Below, in pieces: positions 1 to 13,309 of a DNA stretch of 64,000 nucleotides; the stretch's first letter is position 1; the number at the start of each line of letters is the position of its first letter. Location: the NCBI GenBank assembly GCA_030390025.1, contig CM059433.1:27282001-27346000 (forward strand). The letters run 5' to 3'. The notes under the pieces are model-generated. The model worked only from the letters and a program-made list of their open reading frames with translations, did no database searches and was not told the DNA's origin. The translations under genes were made by a program, and so were the position numbers. Source of the DNA: Squalus acanthias. Its lineage: Eukaryota.

Positions 1-700
1 TTTCTTGGAAACCTCAGGCTTTCCTTTTCATAATCTCACACAAGAATATAATGAAATCATGCTGGTGATATCTTACTGTCAACCCATACTTTGGACTGAG
101 CCAAAATTTACAATAAGCCAAATTTTGTTCTGACACTGAAATTCACAAAGATATATGGAGCACGCAATCAATGATTGACTGAATTCCTTACATACCTTCT
201 TAGAACATAATTTTAGAACAGTTATATTACATGCTGTATAATACACACTGCCAATTATATTCAGTAACAATTGTTATTTACTCCTCATGAGCAACCTATA
301 ATATTTGGAATCAATATAAGCCATAACAAATTTAATTACGTCCAAGTTTTAATTCACGCTTCTATTAAAATATGACTCTCCTGATCAACCTTGAATGCAA
401 GGCACTGATATGAAAAAGATTAAAGTTTATAAACAGATTTGTTTTGATAAATTATAGAACACATTTGACCAAGTTAATATCTGCCACACATTTGATTTTA
501 ATGAAGTTTTTTTGTGTATAAACAAATGAACACAAAACTGTGAAATTAATTTTAGAAATATAATCAACCATCAGCTACAAATTTCTACAATTAAGGATGT
601 GATGAAATCATGTTATTATCCATTTTGGAAAAATGATTTGTAAGAAAGAGAAGTGTTGGCTAAATGCTTTAGGTTTCAGGTTTCCCAAACCTTGATACAA

Positions 701-1064
701 GCCGTCGATTTTTTCAGAGGGGTGGGGGGTGGGGGGTGGGGGCGCGGGGGGAAATGGAGCGCACAAGCCCTGTAGCGGGCGACGCACCCGGAGAGTTTGG
801 GGAAATGGACAACCTGCTGATCTTAATGGCAGGGCCTCATTTAAATAAAAGTTCCCGGAGTCCCACCCAACACTCGGCCAGGTGGGCGGGAGCGAGAATT
901 TGGCCACGGGGGCCACAGCCGGGGACAAGTGGGAATGTCCTGTGGCAGTCAGTGGAAGGAGAGGTTCCAGGGCAATCACGGATTGGCGATTGGGAGGGGG
1001 TTTTAACCCCTCGACAGACCCTGCCTGTCGGGGGCAGGGGGGAGAGGGGTTTCAAATCGAGGCC
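701..1064. mobile_element. GC-rich MITE, probably PIF/Harbinger-derived
   Basis: Imperfect TIRs gccgtcgattt / aaatcgaggcc around a GC-rich island in AT-rich intron. Confidence 0.5.
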
Positions 1065-1403
1065 TATGCTTTGATTCTGATATCTTGTTTGTAAACAGGC
1101 AATATAGCACTTAACCAATTAATAACATCTCTTCTGGTTGGCTATAAGTTTTAGATAGGAAAATACTAAATTAGGTCTGTCCGTTATGATTAACATTTAT
1201 GGGCTATTCAGGGAACAGCAAGTTGACAGTACATAAAAATACGGCAGTTACATTTGTGACTGTGGGCCAAGAGTTTAATAAGCACTGCTCTTGCCAAATA
1301 ACTCCCACTTAACTTTAGTTCACTTAGTCAAGTCAGAGGATCTTTCTCTGAGAAAGTTAAAATTCATTTATATTACAGGCTGTTGGAAAATAACGCGTCT
1401 CAC

Positions 1404-1487
1404 CTTTAGACCTCGAGGGCCAGCTGGTCCTGGGGTACACGTACAAGGGGGTGGTGTAGAACTAACATCGTCAAGACTACTGTCACA
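1404..1487 (-). CDS. COL21A1: COL21A1 exon: Cys-rich linker and start of triple helix (84 nt, phase 0-0)
   Basis: CDSSLDDVSSTPPPCTCTPGPAGPRGLK (compare human CLNGPSDVGSTPAPCICPPGKPGLQGPK); ccactttag| and AAG|gtgag; not captured by the ORF track. Confidence 0.9.
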
Positions 1488-1601
1488 CTAAAGTGGAGAA
1501 AACAAAACAGTTCTAAGAAGGAACATAAGATACTCTATTCCCTTTATGCTTGGTTGATGGGAGGTAAACTGTGAGCATTAATAACTACAAAAAAGACAAT
1601 A

Positions 1602-2335
1602 GGCCAGAAATTGCGGTCAGAGGCGTACCTCTGGAGTACACCTCGGACCCGCGAAAGAATTACGAACCTACCTGCTGACAGCCAGGCTGCGAAAACTTGC
1701 GGTCTCAGGCCTTGAGACGGAGTGCAGTGTAATGGCCCCCAGATCCCAGGGACGCAGGCGGTGCGGAAGCGTACCTGGGATCACATGGGCCTGGTCCTCC
1801 AATCACAAAGCAGTATTCCTTTTTAATCCCAAAGGGAATCCCCTAATGAGATGTAATGGAACCCCAAAATCTAATCTAATTACAATTTACAGAATTGGAA
1901 TTTTATTCGTAATTACCTTCATTCCACCAACCTCACTAAAAATTAATTTTTTGATAATAATTTTAGACATCATTAAAACTGTAATCTGGGCCAACATTTG
2001 CAGAAACTCATTTCATACAGTGTATAATTTACATCTGAAAGTGTTTAATAAATGGCTTAGATATCCCCTTACGCTAATGCAAACAGGCCCTGCGTTTGTT
2101 TGCATCAACCGTAACACGTGCATAATTGCAGGCCAGTCGGTGGGCAAATAGCCCAACTCTGCGCCAGCAATTGCTTTTTAGTGGCCCGCGCGGATGGCTT
2201 GTCAACGCATACGTTGACAGGCCACAAGTTCTGGATTTCACGCGTGCGGAAATCCTAAACTTGCGGTGGATTTTAAAGGAGGTATGGCGGCATACTCTGA
2301 GAGTATGCCACCATACCGGCTGTAAAATCCGGGCC
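1602..2335. mobile_element. Non-autonomous Harbinger-like element
   Basis: Ends ggccagaaattgc / gtaaaatccgggcc resemble the TIRs of other Harbinger copies here; CpG-rich subterminal arms, AT-rich core. Confidence 0.55.
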
Positions 2336-2923
2336 AATAAATACTTTTGGAAATAATAAATTCATCTGCAAAAAGGAAAAGGTACTCTGGGGCACAAAGT
2401 CTAAAACAACTTTAACCAAAAAATCAGTGAGGCCACCTTCATGCGGCGTCTGGGTTTTATGCATTGGGAGTTGCAGTGATTGGAAAATGTTGCACAAAAG
2501 AAATGTTTATAAAAGTTCTATGTAGATTTGTATAACATTTTCTAGTATTAACCTAATTTTCTATTGTACACTGTAGTAATATTAAAATAGCATCAAGCTC
2601 AGTGCTGCATTAAATTAAACTATGTTTCACATCAAAACTGAAATCATATCCTCTACATCATTAAATAAATACAACCATTTCAACATAACCTTTAACAAAA
2701 TAACAAAAGAAAATGAGGTAGTTAACTATCAAGTTATAATACAAACAATATGGGTATCAGTCCAATATTACAAAAGAGCTGCTGGCAGTTGCTCAGAGAA
2801 GGAGGAAGCCAGTGATAACATCACATGCCAGCACTGGCTACATTTTTTATGGCTTCTCTGAGCTAAGAAACATTAGATGAGAATGAAGTATATCTTTAGT
2901 GGCGGTAACAGTTAAGGAACATT

Positions 2924-4438
2924 GGGGGAGAAATTCGTGTGGTTTGCGCCACACGTTAGCGCCACGAGATGGCGCTAAAACGCCATTGAGCGCTTTAATG
3001 CCACCTGATGCCGCACGCCATATTGGTGTTGCCGGTAGCGGTGCCGCTGAACGTGATCGCCGGGGACCTCGTCATCACGCTGATCGTGACGTCAGTGAGT
3101 GTGCAACGCTCACTTGACGCCCGATCTCCCAACTTCGTTACAGCCAATGAACTTACCAGCTGGAGAAAACAACGCCAGCTTCAGGTGGCATGCAACAGCA
3201 GGAAGCTGGCTCCAGCGACGCTATTTAAAGGGATCATCACCAATCACTCGGACCTGACAGGTTTTTGAAGTTTGAGTGGCTGTGTGCTACTTCCTGCTAC
3301 TGAAGAGTTTTCTTTATTCATTTCAAGGTTCTTTGGTATCAGGGAGTGTTGCGGCAAGTACAAAACTCCATAATTATTTCTGAAAAGCTCCAACCTACAA
3401 CACTTGCTAAAAGTCATGGGGGCTGTCCTGGTAGTGGACCTGGTAGCGGTGGCAGCGTGACAATTGGCATTCCGGACGAGCTGTCCGTGACCAGCTCATC
3501 AGACTCCGATTCGCATGAATGAAACCCCAGATCCCAGTAGCTCACCACATCCCCATCATACAATCCCTGTCTCACGCCATATCACCGCATCCTCCTAGGC
3601 GCAAAGGGGAAATGAGAGAGACCACAAAATATTTCAAGCACAACTAATAAATGTATCTATAAACATATCACACATATCACATGAATTTTAATAACTAATA
3701 ACCCTTGTGCCTGCTATAGTTGAATAGCTGTCATTGTGTGCAAGGTGTGAGATGTGGGTGTGAGTGTTGCTAGGTAGAGATTGTTGGTGGGTGTGATGCA
3801 TTGAGCAGTGTGTGAGCTTGTGGTACAGATGGTGGTATGTAGCATTTGTTGAAGCCTTCACTCACCCTGACCAACCATGTGAGCTCATTAAACTTCTTCC
3901 TGCACTGTGTGTGGGTCCTGGGGACCACAGTGCTGCCCGTGACGTGGTGTGCCACCTCCCTCCACATAGTCTGGTAGACTTGTAGCGAGGGCCTCCTGCC
4001 AGTTGGCGGGTACAGGTCTGCCTGCCTTCTCTTCACCGCTAAAACCAATGCCGCCAAAGCTTCATCGAAAAAGCTCCGGGCTCTCTCTGGGGCAGCGATC
4101 TGCCATCAGGATTTGTAAATAAGTGCTCCTTCTCCTTGTCCTTCTTCTTATGGTTGTTGAGGCAGCTGCACACCCAACAATGCTGAGAATGAGGTGCTGT
4201 AGCATCAATGAACCTCCCCTTTAAGCAGTGAAAAAAGCCTGTGGCAATCATTACTGCCCCCGATATTGGTCCATCTTTTCAGTGTAACATCAATGAGCTT
4301 GGGTTTTTAGACTGCAATCATTTTAATGAGGAGTGAGGACGAATTTTGCGAGCAGCCTAGATGATTTTCAACTGGCGCTACTTCACCATTTTTAGTCTAA
4401 ACACTGCCCATTTCTTGGCCACAACGAATTTCTAGCCC
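2924..4438 (-). mobile_element. Internally deleted PIF/Harbinger transposon with a Myb/SANT-like exon remnant (about 3865-4085)
   Basis: TIRs gggggagaaattcgt / acgaatttctagccc; ORF 3770-4057 ALVLAVKRRQADLY...WREVA...RTHTQCRKKFNEL followed by a gtgagt donor. Confidence 0.8.
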
Positions 4439-5291
4439 TTAGTAAATTTTTAGTCAAAACTTTACAAAAGTGTAATTTTCAGTATAAAAATCTTCAGTGA
4501 TGAATACAAGGGTTATGGGGCGAATTTTCCTGAACTTGGGGGGTGAAATTGGTCCATGCAACTATTGCAAAATGGGCTTATAGCGAGTCGGCAGTCTGTT
4601 TTACACTGCACATGATTTTCTTTTCCATTGACTCCAACTGGCGTACACCAATTTCCCCTCTTCCCCTCCCCTCCCCCGGAATTCTTATTTCCCGGTGCTA
4701 CGTTCAGTAAAAAGAGGCGGAGACCTATTATGCCGAATTTCTACTTCCTTTGCGCTACTCCAGGATTTCCAGGGCTTTTCCTGAGGGGCAGAGCATGGCC
4801 TGCATCTCCCACCTCAAATTTCCTGTCATTGCGGCATGGGGCACCCAGATGCAGAGGAGCCCAAAAAGCTGGAGTGGGCCTTGCACCATAATGCCCTTAG
4901 ATCTGAGGGTCTGAGAGGGCCCAGCAACAAACCAAAGAGGAGCAGAAGAAAGGTAGGCAACTTTTTCTGAGCAACATCATAGCGATTTTCTTTTCCGGAT
5001 GCCTTCTGTCTGCTATTTTGCAAAAGCAACCAGAAGACCTTGAGACCAGTGACAAGGCCTCCAGCTGCACTCCTGTTTCTGCCCCAGTTACCAGGTGATA
5101 CGCTCTGCCAGGAAGCAGGCCTGTGACTGGGCCAATTTTGGGTTGCCCTCCAAATTCAGGCACAGCTTGGCCTGGACAGACATAGTACACATCGGGCACA
5201 CTGCGCCTATTAAGTGCCCCGGCAGAGGGGGACCAGGAAAATTGTCATCTCTTTTCTTTTTAAGAACGAAAAGCACAGCTTCCATCTAATC

Positions 5292-6275
5292 GCTCAGCAA
5301 GCTTATCAAGTAAATAGCTGAGTAAAACAGACCAGTAGGGTCCCAGGTTTGATCCCCAGGGGGAAAAATTCAGTTGGTTGCGCCTCCCGTTAGCGCCTTA
5401 AGAGGGCGCTAATGGGGCGCAAAGCATCTAGCGCCCAGGCACGGCGAAGTTTGCGCCGCTCGCGAAATTAACTAGACATTTTGCGGCGGCGCTAAACACT
5501 ACCGCCACGATCTCCTGCGCCGGCAGATCGTGACGTCAGTCGAGTGCGCAACGCCCCGGTATCGCCCCGGAGCGGATATTGAGTGGCGCCCCCTGCCTTA
5601 CCGCCTGACGCTAGCAACGACAGGTTGAGGGGAGCGTTCTCCAGCCATGAAAGGAAAGGGGGAGCGCTATTTAAAGGTGACCGCTTCCTGCCTTTTATTG
5701 TTGGTGCCATTTTTGAACTACACATTCTGAGAGAGAGAGAGAGAGACTTCTGGAGAGATTCAACATTGTGTGAAGGAGTTTTGGGTACTGAGCAGCACTT
5801 TGCAGGTTCATTTTGATTTGCCATTCCTTGTATCGATTTAGAAGAGACTGTGGGGGCTGCACTCTGAGCTCTTTGCCTGGTACTCTCCATTGTTCTTTCC
5901 AGCAGATTTGATGTGCAGGTCTCTCCAGGCCGAGATTCAAGGCTGCAATGAGCAGGATGTGGATGGAAAGCAAGATTAACCATCCCCTTTAAGAACTGGC
6001 CCGTGCCATTGTGTGTGTGTTCCATTGCTGACTGACATTACATGAGCTTCGCCAGCGCTCTGAGGTAGCGCCTCGCTCCTTGGCCTTTGCGCCTTAAGAC
6101 AGGTGTGAAGCGCCTGATTTAGCGCTCCAATCACCTCCAGGGGCGATAAAAGTCAAGTTTGCAGTCGGTGGCGATAATTAGCGCCAGGCGCTAATCTTTG
6201 CGCCCGGCCGATAATTGCGCCCCAAATGGGGCGATACTGAATTTCTCCCCCCCAGTCTTTGCTGACTTAAGATAG
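5292..6275 (+). mobile_element. tRNA-derived SINE fragment split by the MITE at 5359-6251
   Basis: B-box-like ggtttgatcccca before the insertion; the SINE-like sequence resumes with gtctttgctgact after it. Confidence 0.4.
5359..6251. mobile_element. Harbinger-type non-autonomous element, 3-bp TSD CCA
   Basis: TIRs gggggaaaaattcagt / actgaatttctccccc; cca on both flanks; repeated TAGCGCC/GGCGCTA subterminal motifs. Confidence 0.8.
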
Positions 6276-8129
6276 CTATTATAAAATAGAAACAGCAGTG
6301 TTTCTTTCATTCTTTTGTCCACAATACGAACATACGAACAATGATGGACCGGTAAAGACCCTTTGGTCCATCCTGCCTGTCCCACACAATTGTGATATCT
6401 TGTGTATCACAGTATATACACTCCACCCTATCTGAAACCATGTGATCTCCTGGGAGACGCAAAAAAAGATTTTAAAAACCAGGCCAATTTGGAGGAAATA
6501 AATCTGGGAAATTCCTTTCCGACCCATCTAGGCAATCGAAACTAGTCCAGGAGATCACTCTGGCCCTGAATTTCCTGCAGTATTTACCTTCTGTAAGAGG
6601 TGATCTCCGCCCCAGCCAGAACCAGGTCCAGCTCTCGTTTGAAGGAATTCAATGAATCAGCATCCACCGCACAGCCTGTTCCAGAGGTCCACTATTCCCT
6701 GGGAAAAGAACCACCTCCTGACATCTAACCTAGATCTAGCCTTATATAACTTGAATTTGTGACCCTGGTCCTCCCTAACCTATTTAATTGAAACAAACTG
6801 TCAACTGGAACACATTCTATTCCCTTCATTATCTTATAAACCTCAAACAGATCACCTCTAAGTCTACGCTTCTCTAAAGTGTAGAGTCCCAACTCTTTTA
6901 GCCTACCTTGATAACTAAGATGCTTTAAACTGGGAATTAGTCGAGTAGCCCTCCTCTGCACCATCTCCAAAGCCTCAATATCACCCACCATGTTAGGAGA
7001 CCAAAACTGGGCACAGTGAAAACTGGACACAGTATTCCAATTACGGCCTGACTAAGATCTCATACAAGGACAAAATAGTATGCCTCGTCTTGTACTCAAT
7101 TGTCCTATGGCTACACCCCAACACCCTATTTGCTCTAGCTATCGCTTCTTGGCATTGCTCGTGTACCTTTAAGGGTGTATGCACTAGAATGCTCAAATCT
7201 CCATCTATCTCCACCTTCTTTAATGCTTTTCCCTGAAGGGTGTATGAATGTTGAGCATTTGCCCTGCTCACATGCATAACACTGCACTTCTCTAAGTTAT
7301 ACATTATTTTCCAGTCATAAGCCCAGTCTCCCAACACATTAAGATCTACCTGAAGCAGACAAGCGTCATCTATAGTCCTAATACTCGCAGAGATCCTGGT
7401 ATCATTTGCAGATTGTGCCCTCAACACCTACATCCAGATCATTAATAAAAATAGTAAAGAGCAACGGTCCCAACACCGATCCCTGCAGGACACCTCTGGT
7501 GACCGGTCTCCAAACAGATCCAAATCCATCTATAACTACTTTTTGCCTATGCCCTGCCAGCCAGTTCTCAATCCAGCTCAATGTATTACCAGTAATACCA
7601 GAGGCTTCGATCTCACAGAGAAGCCTCTCGTGCGGTACCTTAGCAAAAGCTTTTTGGAAGTCTAAGTAGACAATGTCTACTGGACTTCCCTCATCCACCA
7701 ACTTTGTAACTTCTTCAAAAAATGTAATTAGATTTGTAAGACATAACCTCCTTTTTATGAAGCCATATTGGGTGTCCCTAATATGACCCTCTCCATCCAA
7801 GCATTTATATATTATATCCCTAATGATTCCCTCAAGCATCTTACCCATTACTGATGTTAAACTAATGTGCCTATAGTTACCCGGGTCTGTCTTGTCACCT
7901 TTCTTAAAGATGGGGACTACATTAGCCACCTTCCAGTTAATAGGAACCATTCCAGAGTGCAGTGAGTTATTAAAAATACAAGCTGGGGGCTCGCACAGCA
8001 CAGGTCCCATCTCCCTGAGGACCATCGGGTGGATATCACCCGGCCCGGTTGCTCGATCTATTTTCAAGTTCTTAATTCTTTCTAAAGCAACAGGTTCATC
8101 AATGTTAAAATTAATAGTTTTGTTAGTAA

Positions 8130-8406
8130 TGTGGCGGATCGCCACCTAAACGGGCGCAATCCACTTTTCCGTCCGTGGACAATAAATCGGGCACCTTGCC
8201 TTTATGGCGCATGCTGCCTTTAAGGCATGAAAAAGGAGTAGGCGTCGCCCTCGGTGTGAACTTAAAAAGAGCGGGCGTCGCCCTCAACCAGTAGGGTTTT
8301 GCAGAGAGAAGTTGTAGCAGCCATTTTGCCAAGGAGTATGTAATTAAAAGCCATGTGCTCCACATATTGACTTGGCCTCAATTCGTGCTACGCGGCAGCC
8401 ACAACA
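8130..8406 (+). repeat. 5' LTR (277 bp)
   Basis: Direct repeat of 12271-12548; by eye 6 substitutions and 1 indel. Confidence 0.96.
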
Positions 8407-8407
8407 T

Positions 8408-8421
8408 TGGTGACCCCGACG
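8408..8421 (+). promoter_or_regulatory. Primer-binding site for tRNA-Trp
   Basis: TGGTGACCCCGACG immediately after the 5' LTR, matching the known tRNA-Trp PBS. Confidence 0.88.
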
Positions 8422-11400
8422 CTCAGAACGTATTCCGAGCACTGCAATGGCGGACACAAACGCAGTTTCCGTGAAACTGCCGGAGTTTTGGGAAAACCAG
8501 CCCGAAGCCTGGTTCCTCCAAGCCGAGTCCCGATTCCGGCTGCAACACATCACCACAGATGGGACGAAGTACGACTACCTCGTCACATCACTCGGTAGCT
8601 CCACAGTTACGAAGGTCTGGACAGCGCTGCAGAACCCACCAGAGGAGGGCAAGTATGCACATCTAAAGGCCGCGCTCCTAAAAAAATTCACGGCCTCGAC
8701 ATACCAGCGAAACTGCCACCTCCTCGACCTTCCAGGCCTCGGTGATGCCTCACCGTCAGACCTCCTCTCCCACATGCTCTCCCTCACCGACGAGAGACCA
8801 GCCGGATCCCTCTTCCGCACGCTGTTCATCCGCCAGCTACCTCTCAGCATCCGCCCAGCGATCGTGGCGTCCGACCTCACGGACCTGGAAGGATGAGGCC
8901 GACAAGCTGCTGTCCGCTCACTCCAGCCGCGACGTCACTCCGGACCTGGCAGCCACTGCCTGGGCGCACCCCTCACCGGCCACCACGCGGCCACAAGGCC
9001 CAGCCACCGGGCTCACGGGGCCTTCGCGCCCCACTAACCCGGGCCACTGTTACTACCACGCACGGTTCGGCGCCAGGGCACAACGGTGCACGCCTCCCTG
9101 CTCTTTCAAGTCCGCCCCCGTACCCACCTCCGCGATGGCCGTGGGCCACGCGGGCTCCCTGCTGTACGTCACGGATGACAAAACCGGCCGCCGGTTCCTG
9201 TGCGACACTGGAGCTCAGCACAACATCATCCTGGCCTCCGCCCTTGACATCCAAAAGGGCAAACGAGGACCGGCGCTGGCGGCTGCTAACGGCTCGGAAA
9301 TCCGGACGTACAGCACCCGCAGAGTCACCCTCGACCTCGCTGGTCGCTGCTACCGATGGGAGTTCATCACTGCCAAGGTGCTCTCCCCTCTCATCGGCGC
9401 AGATTTCCTGTGCGCCCACGGCCTACTGGTAGACATCCCTCGACACCACCTCGTGGACATGAACACCGTGTCCCCCATCCTGGGCGCCATGGCCCCCCGT
9501 CAACCCGCCGACATGGCGTCACAGTGCCACGCCCGGGCCACGGATGACTACTCGGCACTCCTGGCCGAATTCCCGGCCCTTACCTATCCGACCTTCTCCG
9601 CGGAGGCCGCCAAACACGGGGTGGAACACTTCATCCCCACCACAGGCCCCCCAGCGTACGCCCACGCCCGCAGGCTGGACCCGGCCAAACTGGAGATCGC
9701 GCGGACCAAGTTTGCCACCATGGAACAGCTCGGCATCATCCGCCGCTCCAACAGTCCCTGGGACTCCCCACTCCACATCGCCCCCAAACCAGGCGGGGGT
9801 TGGCGCCCCTGCGGGGATTACCGCTGCCTCGACGACGCCACCACCCCTGATCAGTAACCCGTGCCGCACATCCAGGACTTCTCGGCTAGACTGGCCGGCC
9901 ACTCAGTCTTTTCCAAGGTCGACCTGGTGCGCGGCTACCACCAAGTCCCCGTCCACCCCGCGGACGTCCCCAAGACGGCCGTAATCACCCCCTTCGGCCT
10001 TTTCGAGTTCCTGCGGATGCCCTTCGGCCTCAAAAACGCGGCCCAGGCATTCCAACGGCTCATGGACTCGGTCCTTCGGGACCTGAAGTTCCTGTTCGTC
10101 TACCTGGACGACATCCTGGTAGCCAGTTCCTCCAAGCAGGAACACCTCGAACACCTTCGCATCCTGTTCGGGCGGCTCAGTGACCACGGGCTCATCCTCA
10201 GCCCAGCCAAATGCCAGTTCGGCCTGGACAAGATTGACTTCCTCGGCCACCACATCACCCATGCTGGGTCCATTCCCCTGCCCACCAAGGTGCAGGCCGT
10301 CCAACAATTTCCCCGCCCCACCACCATCAAAGGCCTCCAGGAGTCCTCGGGATGGTGAATTTCTATAACCGCTTCATCCCCAAAGCGGCGTCCCTCATGA
10401 GGCCCCTGTATGAAGCCCTCCGGGGCAGGAGCGGCAAGATGGCGGTCGAATGGACGGCAGACACATCAGCCACCTTCGACTCCACCAAGACCGCGCTCGC
10501 CAACGCCACCCTGCTCGCGCACCCACGGCCCAATGCCAGGGTAGCGCTCACCACGGACTCCTCCGACCACGCGGTCGGCACCGTGTATGAGCAGTGGGTC
10601 GACGGCGCCTGGCAACCACTTGCCTTCTTCAGCCGCCAACTACGCCCCCCGGAGGTCAAGTACAGCACCTTCGACCGCGAGCTCCTCGCGCTGTTCCTGG
10701 CGGTCCGCCATTTTCGGTTTTTGCTGGAGGGCCACTCCTTCACTGCGTTTGTCGACCACAAACCCCTGACATTCGCAATGGCAAAGACACCGACCCCTGG
10801 TCCGCCAGGCAGCAGCGCCAGCTCGCGGCAGTGTCCGAGTTCACCACGGACATCCAGCACGTCTCCGGCCGAGACAATGTGGTAGCCGACTGCCTCTCCC
10901 GCCCCGCCATCCACGCCGCACACCTGGCAGTCGACTACGCTCAACTTGCAGCAGACCAGATCACCGACCCTGATCTGCTCTCCGCAACTACCAACCTACC
11001 AGGGCTACGCCTGACCGACGTCGCCTGTGGCCCGACCGCAGTCACGGTCAAGTGCGACATATCCCTATGTCAACCTCGGCCCGTCGTCCCAGCGTCCTGG
11101 CGCCGCCGGGTATTCGACATTCTCCACAACCTCTCCCACCCCGGCGCCCGCGCATCCATCAAATTGGTAGCCAACCGCTTTGTCTGGCGCGGCCTTCGCA
11201 AGGATGTGCGTACTTGGGCCAACTCCTGCCTAGCCTGCCAACGGGCCAAGGTGCAGCAACACACGAAAGCACCCCTCGAGGAGTTTACCGTCACTTCGTG
11301 TAGATTCGACCACATCCACGTGGACATCGTCGGGCCCCTGCCGCCGTCGCAAGGCCACATGCACTTGCTGACGATCGTTGACCACACCACGCGCTGGCCC

Positions 11401-12270
11401 GAGGCAATTCCACTGACCTCTACCACCACCGCCGACATCGCCAGAGCCTTCGTCAGCACCTGGGTCGCACGGTTCGGCGTCCCCTCCGACATGACGTCGG
11501 ACAGAGGTCCGCAATTTACCTCTGAACTCTGGACCGCCGTCGCACGCAATCTCAGGGGTGACCATTCACCGCACCACAGCGTACCACCCCCAAGCCAACG
11601 GACTGTGTGAGCGGTTCCACAGATCCTTGAAGGTATCTCTTCGAGCCAGCTTCCAGGACGGCGCCTGGAACGACCGACTCCCGTGGGTCCTCCTCGGCCT
11701 GCGCACCGCGGTTAAAGAAGACCTCCACGCATCGGCAGCAGAGCTCGTGTACGGTCAGCCGCTGCGCGTACCCGCGAGTTCCTGCCCACCGCCACGACAC
11801 CCTGGTCAGCCGACCAGCAACGCCACGACTTCGCCTCACCAGCGCTACAGTTCGCCCCGGTGCCCATTGCCCGACACGGTGAATCCACCTCACACGTCCC
11901 ACTAAGCCTGCACCAGGCACGGTTCGTTTTCGTCCGGCACGACGCCCACCGCAGACCCCTTCAACCACCGTACGACGGGCCCTACAAGGTGCTACAGGCT
12001 GGGGACAAATTTTTCACCCTGCAAGTGGGCGACAGGACCGAAAAAGTGTCGGTTGACCGACTCAAGCCAGCACACTCGGAGCCCGGTGAGTAGGTCCCTG
12101 TAGCTCGTCCACCGCCACCCGGCCGACCTGCCCTCAAGCCAGTTCACCCGGCTGCTCCACGCCCGGCCTGTTCCACGTCCACCGGCGTCCTACAAGAGCC
12201 GCTCCGGCCGGCCCATCAGACCGCTGCACCGTCTCGTCCACACCTCCTAAGCGGATTCTGGGGGGAGCTG

Positions 12271-12548
12271 TGTGGCGGATCGCCACCTAAACGGGCGCAA
12301 TCCACTTTTCCGTCCGTGGACAATAAATCGGGCACCTTGCCTTTAAGGCGCATGCTGCCTTTAAGGCATGAAAAAAGGAGTGGGCGTCGCCCTCAGTGTG
12401 AACTTAAAAAGAGCGGGCGTCGCCCTCAACCAGTAGGGTTTTGCAGAGAGAAGTTGTAGCAGCCATTTTGCCAAGGAGTATGTAATTAAAAGCCATGTGC
12501 TCCACATATTGACTCGGCCTCAATTCGTGCTTCGCGACAGCCACAACA
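12271..12548 (+). repeat. 3' LTR (278 bp), preceded by a polypurine tract at about 12260-12267
   Basis: ggggggag PPT, then tgtggcgg...ccacaaca|gtaa. Confidence 0.96.
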
Positions 12549-12639
12549 GTAACATTATTAAATTCTAATAGTGGAGCATCATCTTCAAGGGACAGAAAAT
12601 CATGCAGGGCGCACCCAAATTATTAGTAATACATTGTCA

Positions 12640-13290
12640 CAGCAACAAATAGGCCATTTGGCTCATCAAACCTGTAATGGTGTTTTTCTCTATGTGAACT
12701 GTGCAGTCTAATCCAAATCTCCTGTTTGCTCCCCATACTCTTTAATATTCATCTTTTCAAGCAACTATCTAATTCCTTTCTGAAAGGAATTTTGGACTCT
12801 GCTTCAGCAATGGTTTGTGGCAAAGAATTCCACATTCTAACCAGCCCTTGAATAAAGAATTTTTACCTGCCCTCCCCTTTTAATTCCTTTTGTGATTATA
12901 TTAAATTCATACCCTTTTGCTATCGTCAAGCTGGCCACTGGAAACAACGCATCACTACTTACCTTATAATACAGTTCACCCATCAAAATCTTGACAACCT
13001 CTATCAGGTCATCCCTGATCCTTCTCAGTCCTAACTATCCCAAGTCTCTTCAAGACTGTAACCCCACATTGCTGGTAACATCCTAGTGAATCTACAATGC
13101 ATCTTTTTCATTGCTTTTACATCCTTCCTTTAATAGGATATCCAAAACTGTGCACAATATTCCAACTGCAGCCTAATTAAGGTCTTGCACAAATTCAACA
13201 TTACCTCCTTTCTTACAAAATCAAGGAATACATTTGCCTTTTTGTGGACTTATTTAATTGTGCTGCCATCTTTAATTGTTTGTATATCTT
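12640..13290 (-). mobile_element. Old degenerate CR1 3' fragment
   Basis: Decayed CR1 3' motifs (ccaaaactgtgcacaatattcc, aagaattccacattctaacc, aggccatttggctc). Confidence 0.6.
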
Positions 13291-13309
13291 CACAATAAGA
13301 TCATAAGAA

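Larger units (their letters stand above)
8130..12548 (+). mobile_element. Full-length Gypsy/Ty3 LTR retrotransposon, CsRn1-like clade, with several frameshifts and a stop
   Basis: TG...CA LTRs, 4-bp TSD GTAA, gag (VKLPEFW; CYYHARFGARAQRCTPPC), protease LCDTGA, RT YLDD, RNase H, integrase HHCC/DDE/GPY in Gypsy order. Confidence 0.97.
6325..12600 (-). mobile_element. 5'-truncated CR1 LINE (ORF2 RT remnant 6325-8129), split by the Gypsy element; short continuation to about 12600
   Basis: ORFs 7402-8145, 7041-7427 and 6725-7030 ([25 protein letters not shown]); (catacgaa)n-type tail at about 6325-6340. Confidence 0.9.

Noticed and set aside
608..1118. Overlapping Pro/Gly-rich ORFs as further collagen exons
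   Set aside because: No Gly-X-Y periodicity or suitable splice sites; they arise from a GC-rich MITE.
8893..11968. Many antisense and alternate-frame ORFs within the Gypsy element
   Set aside because: Expected from high GC content and stop-codon scarcity; no env or extra gene recognised.
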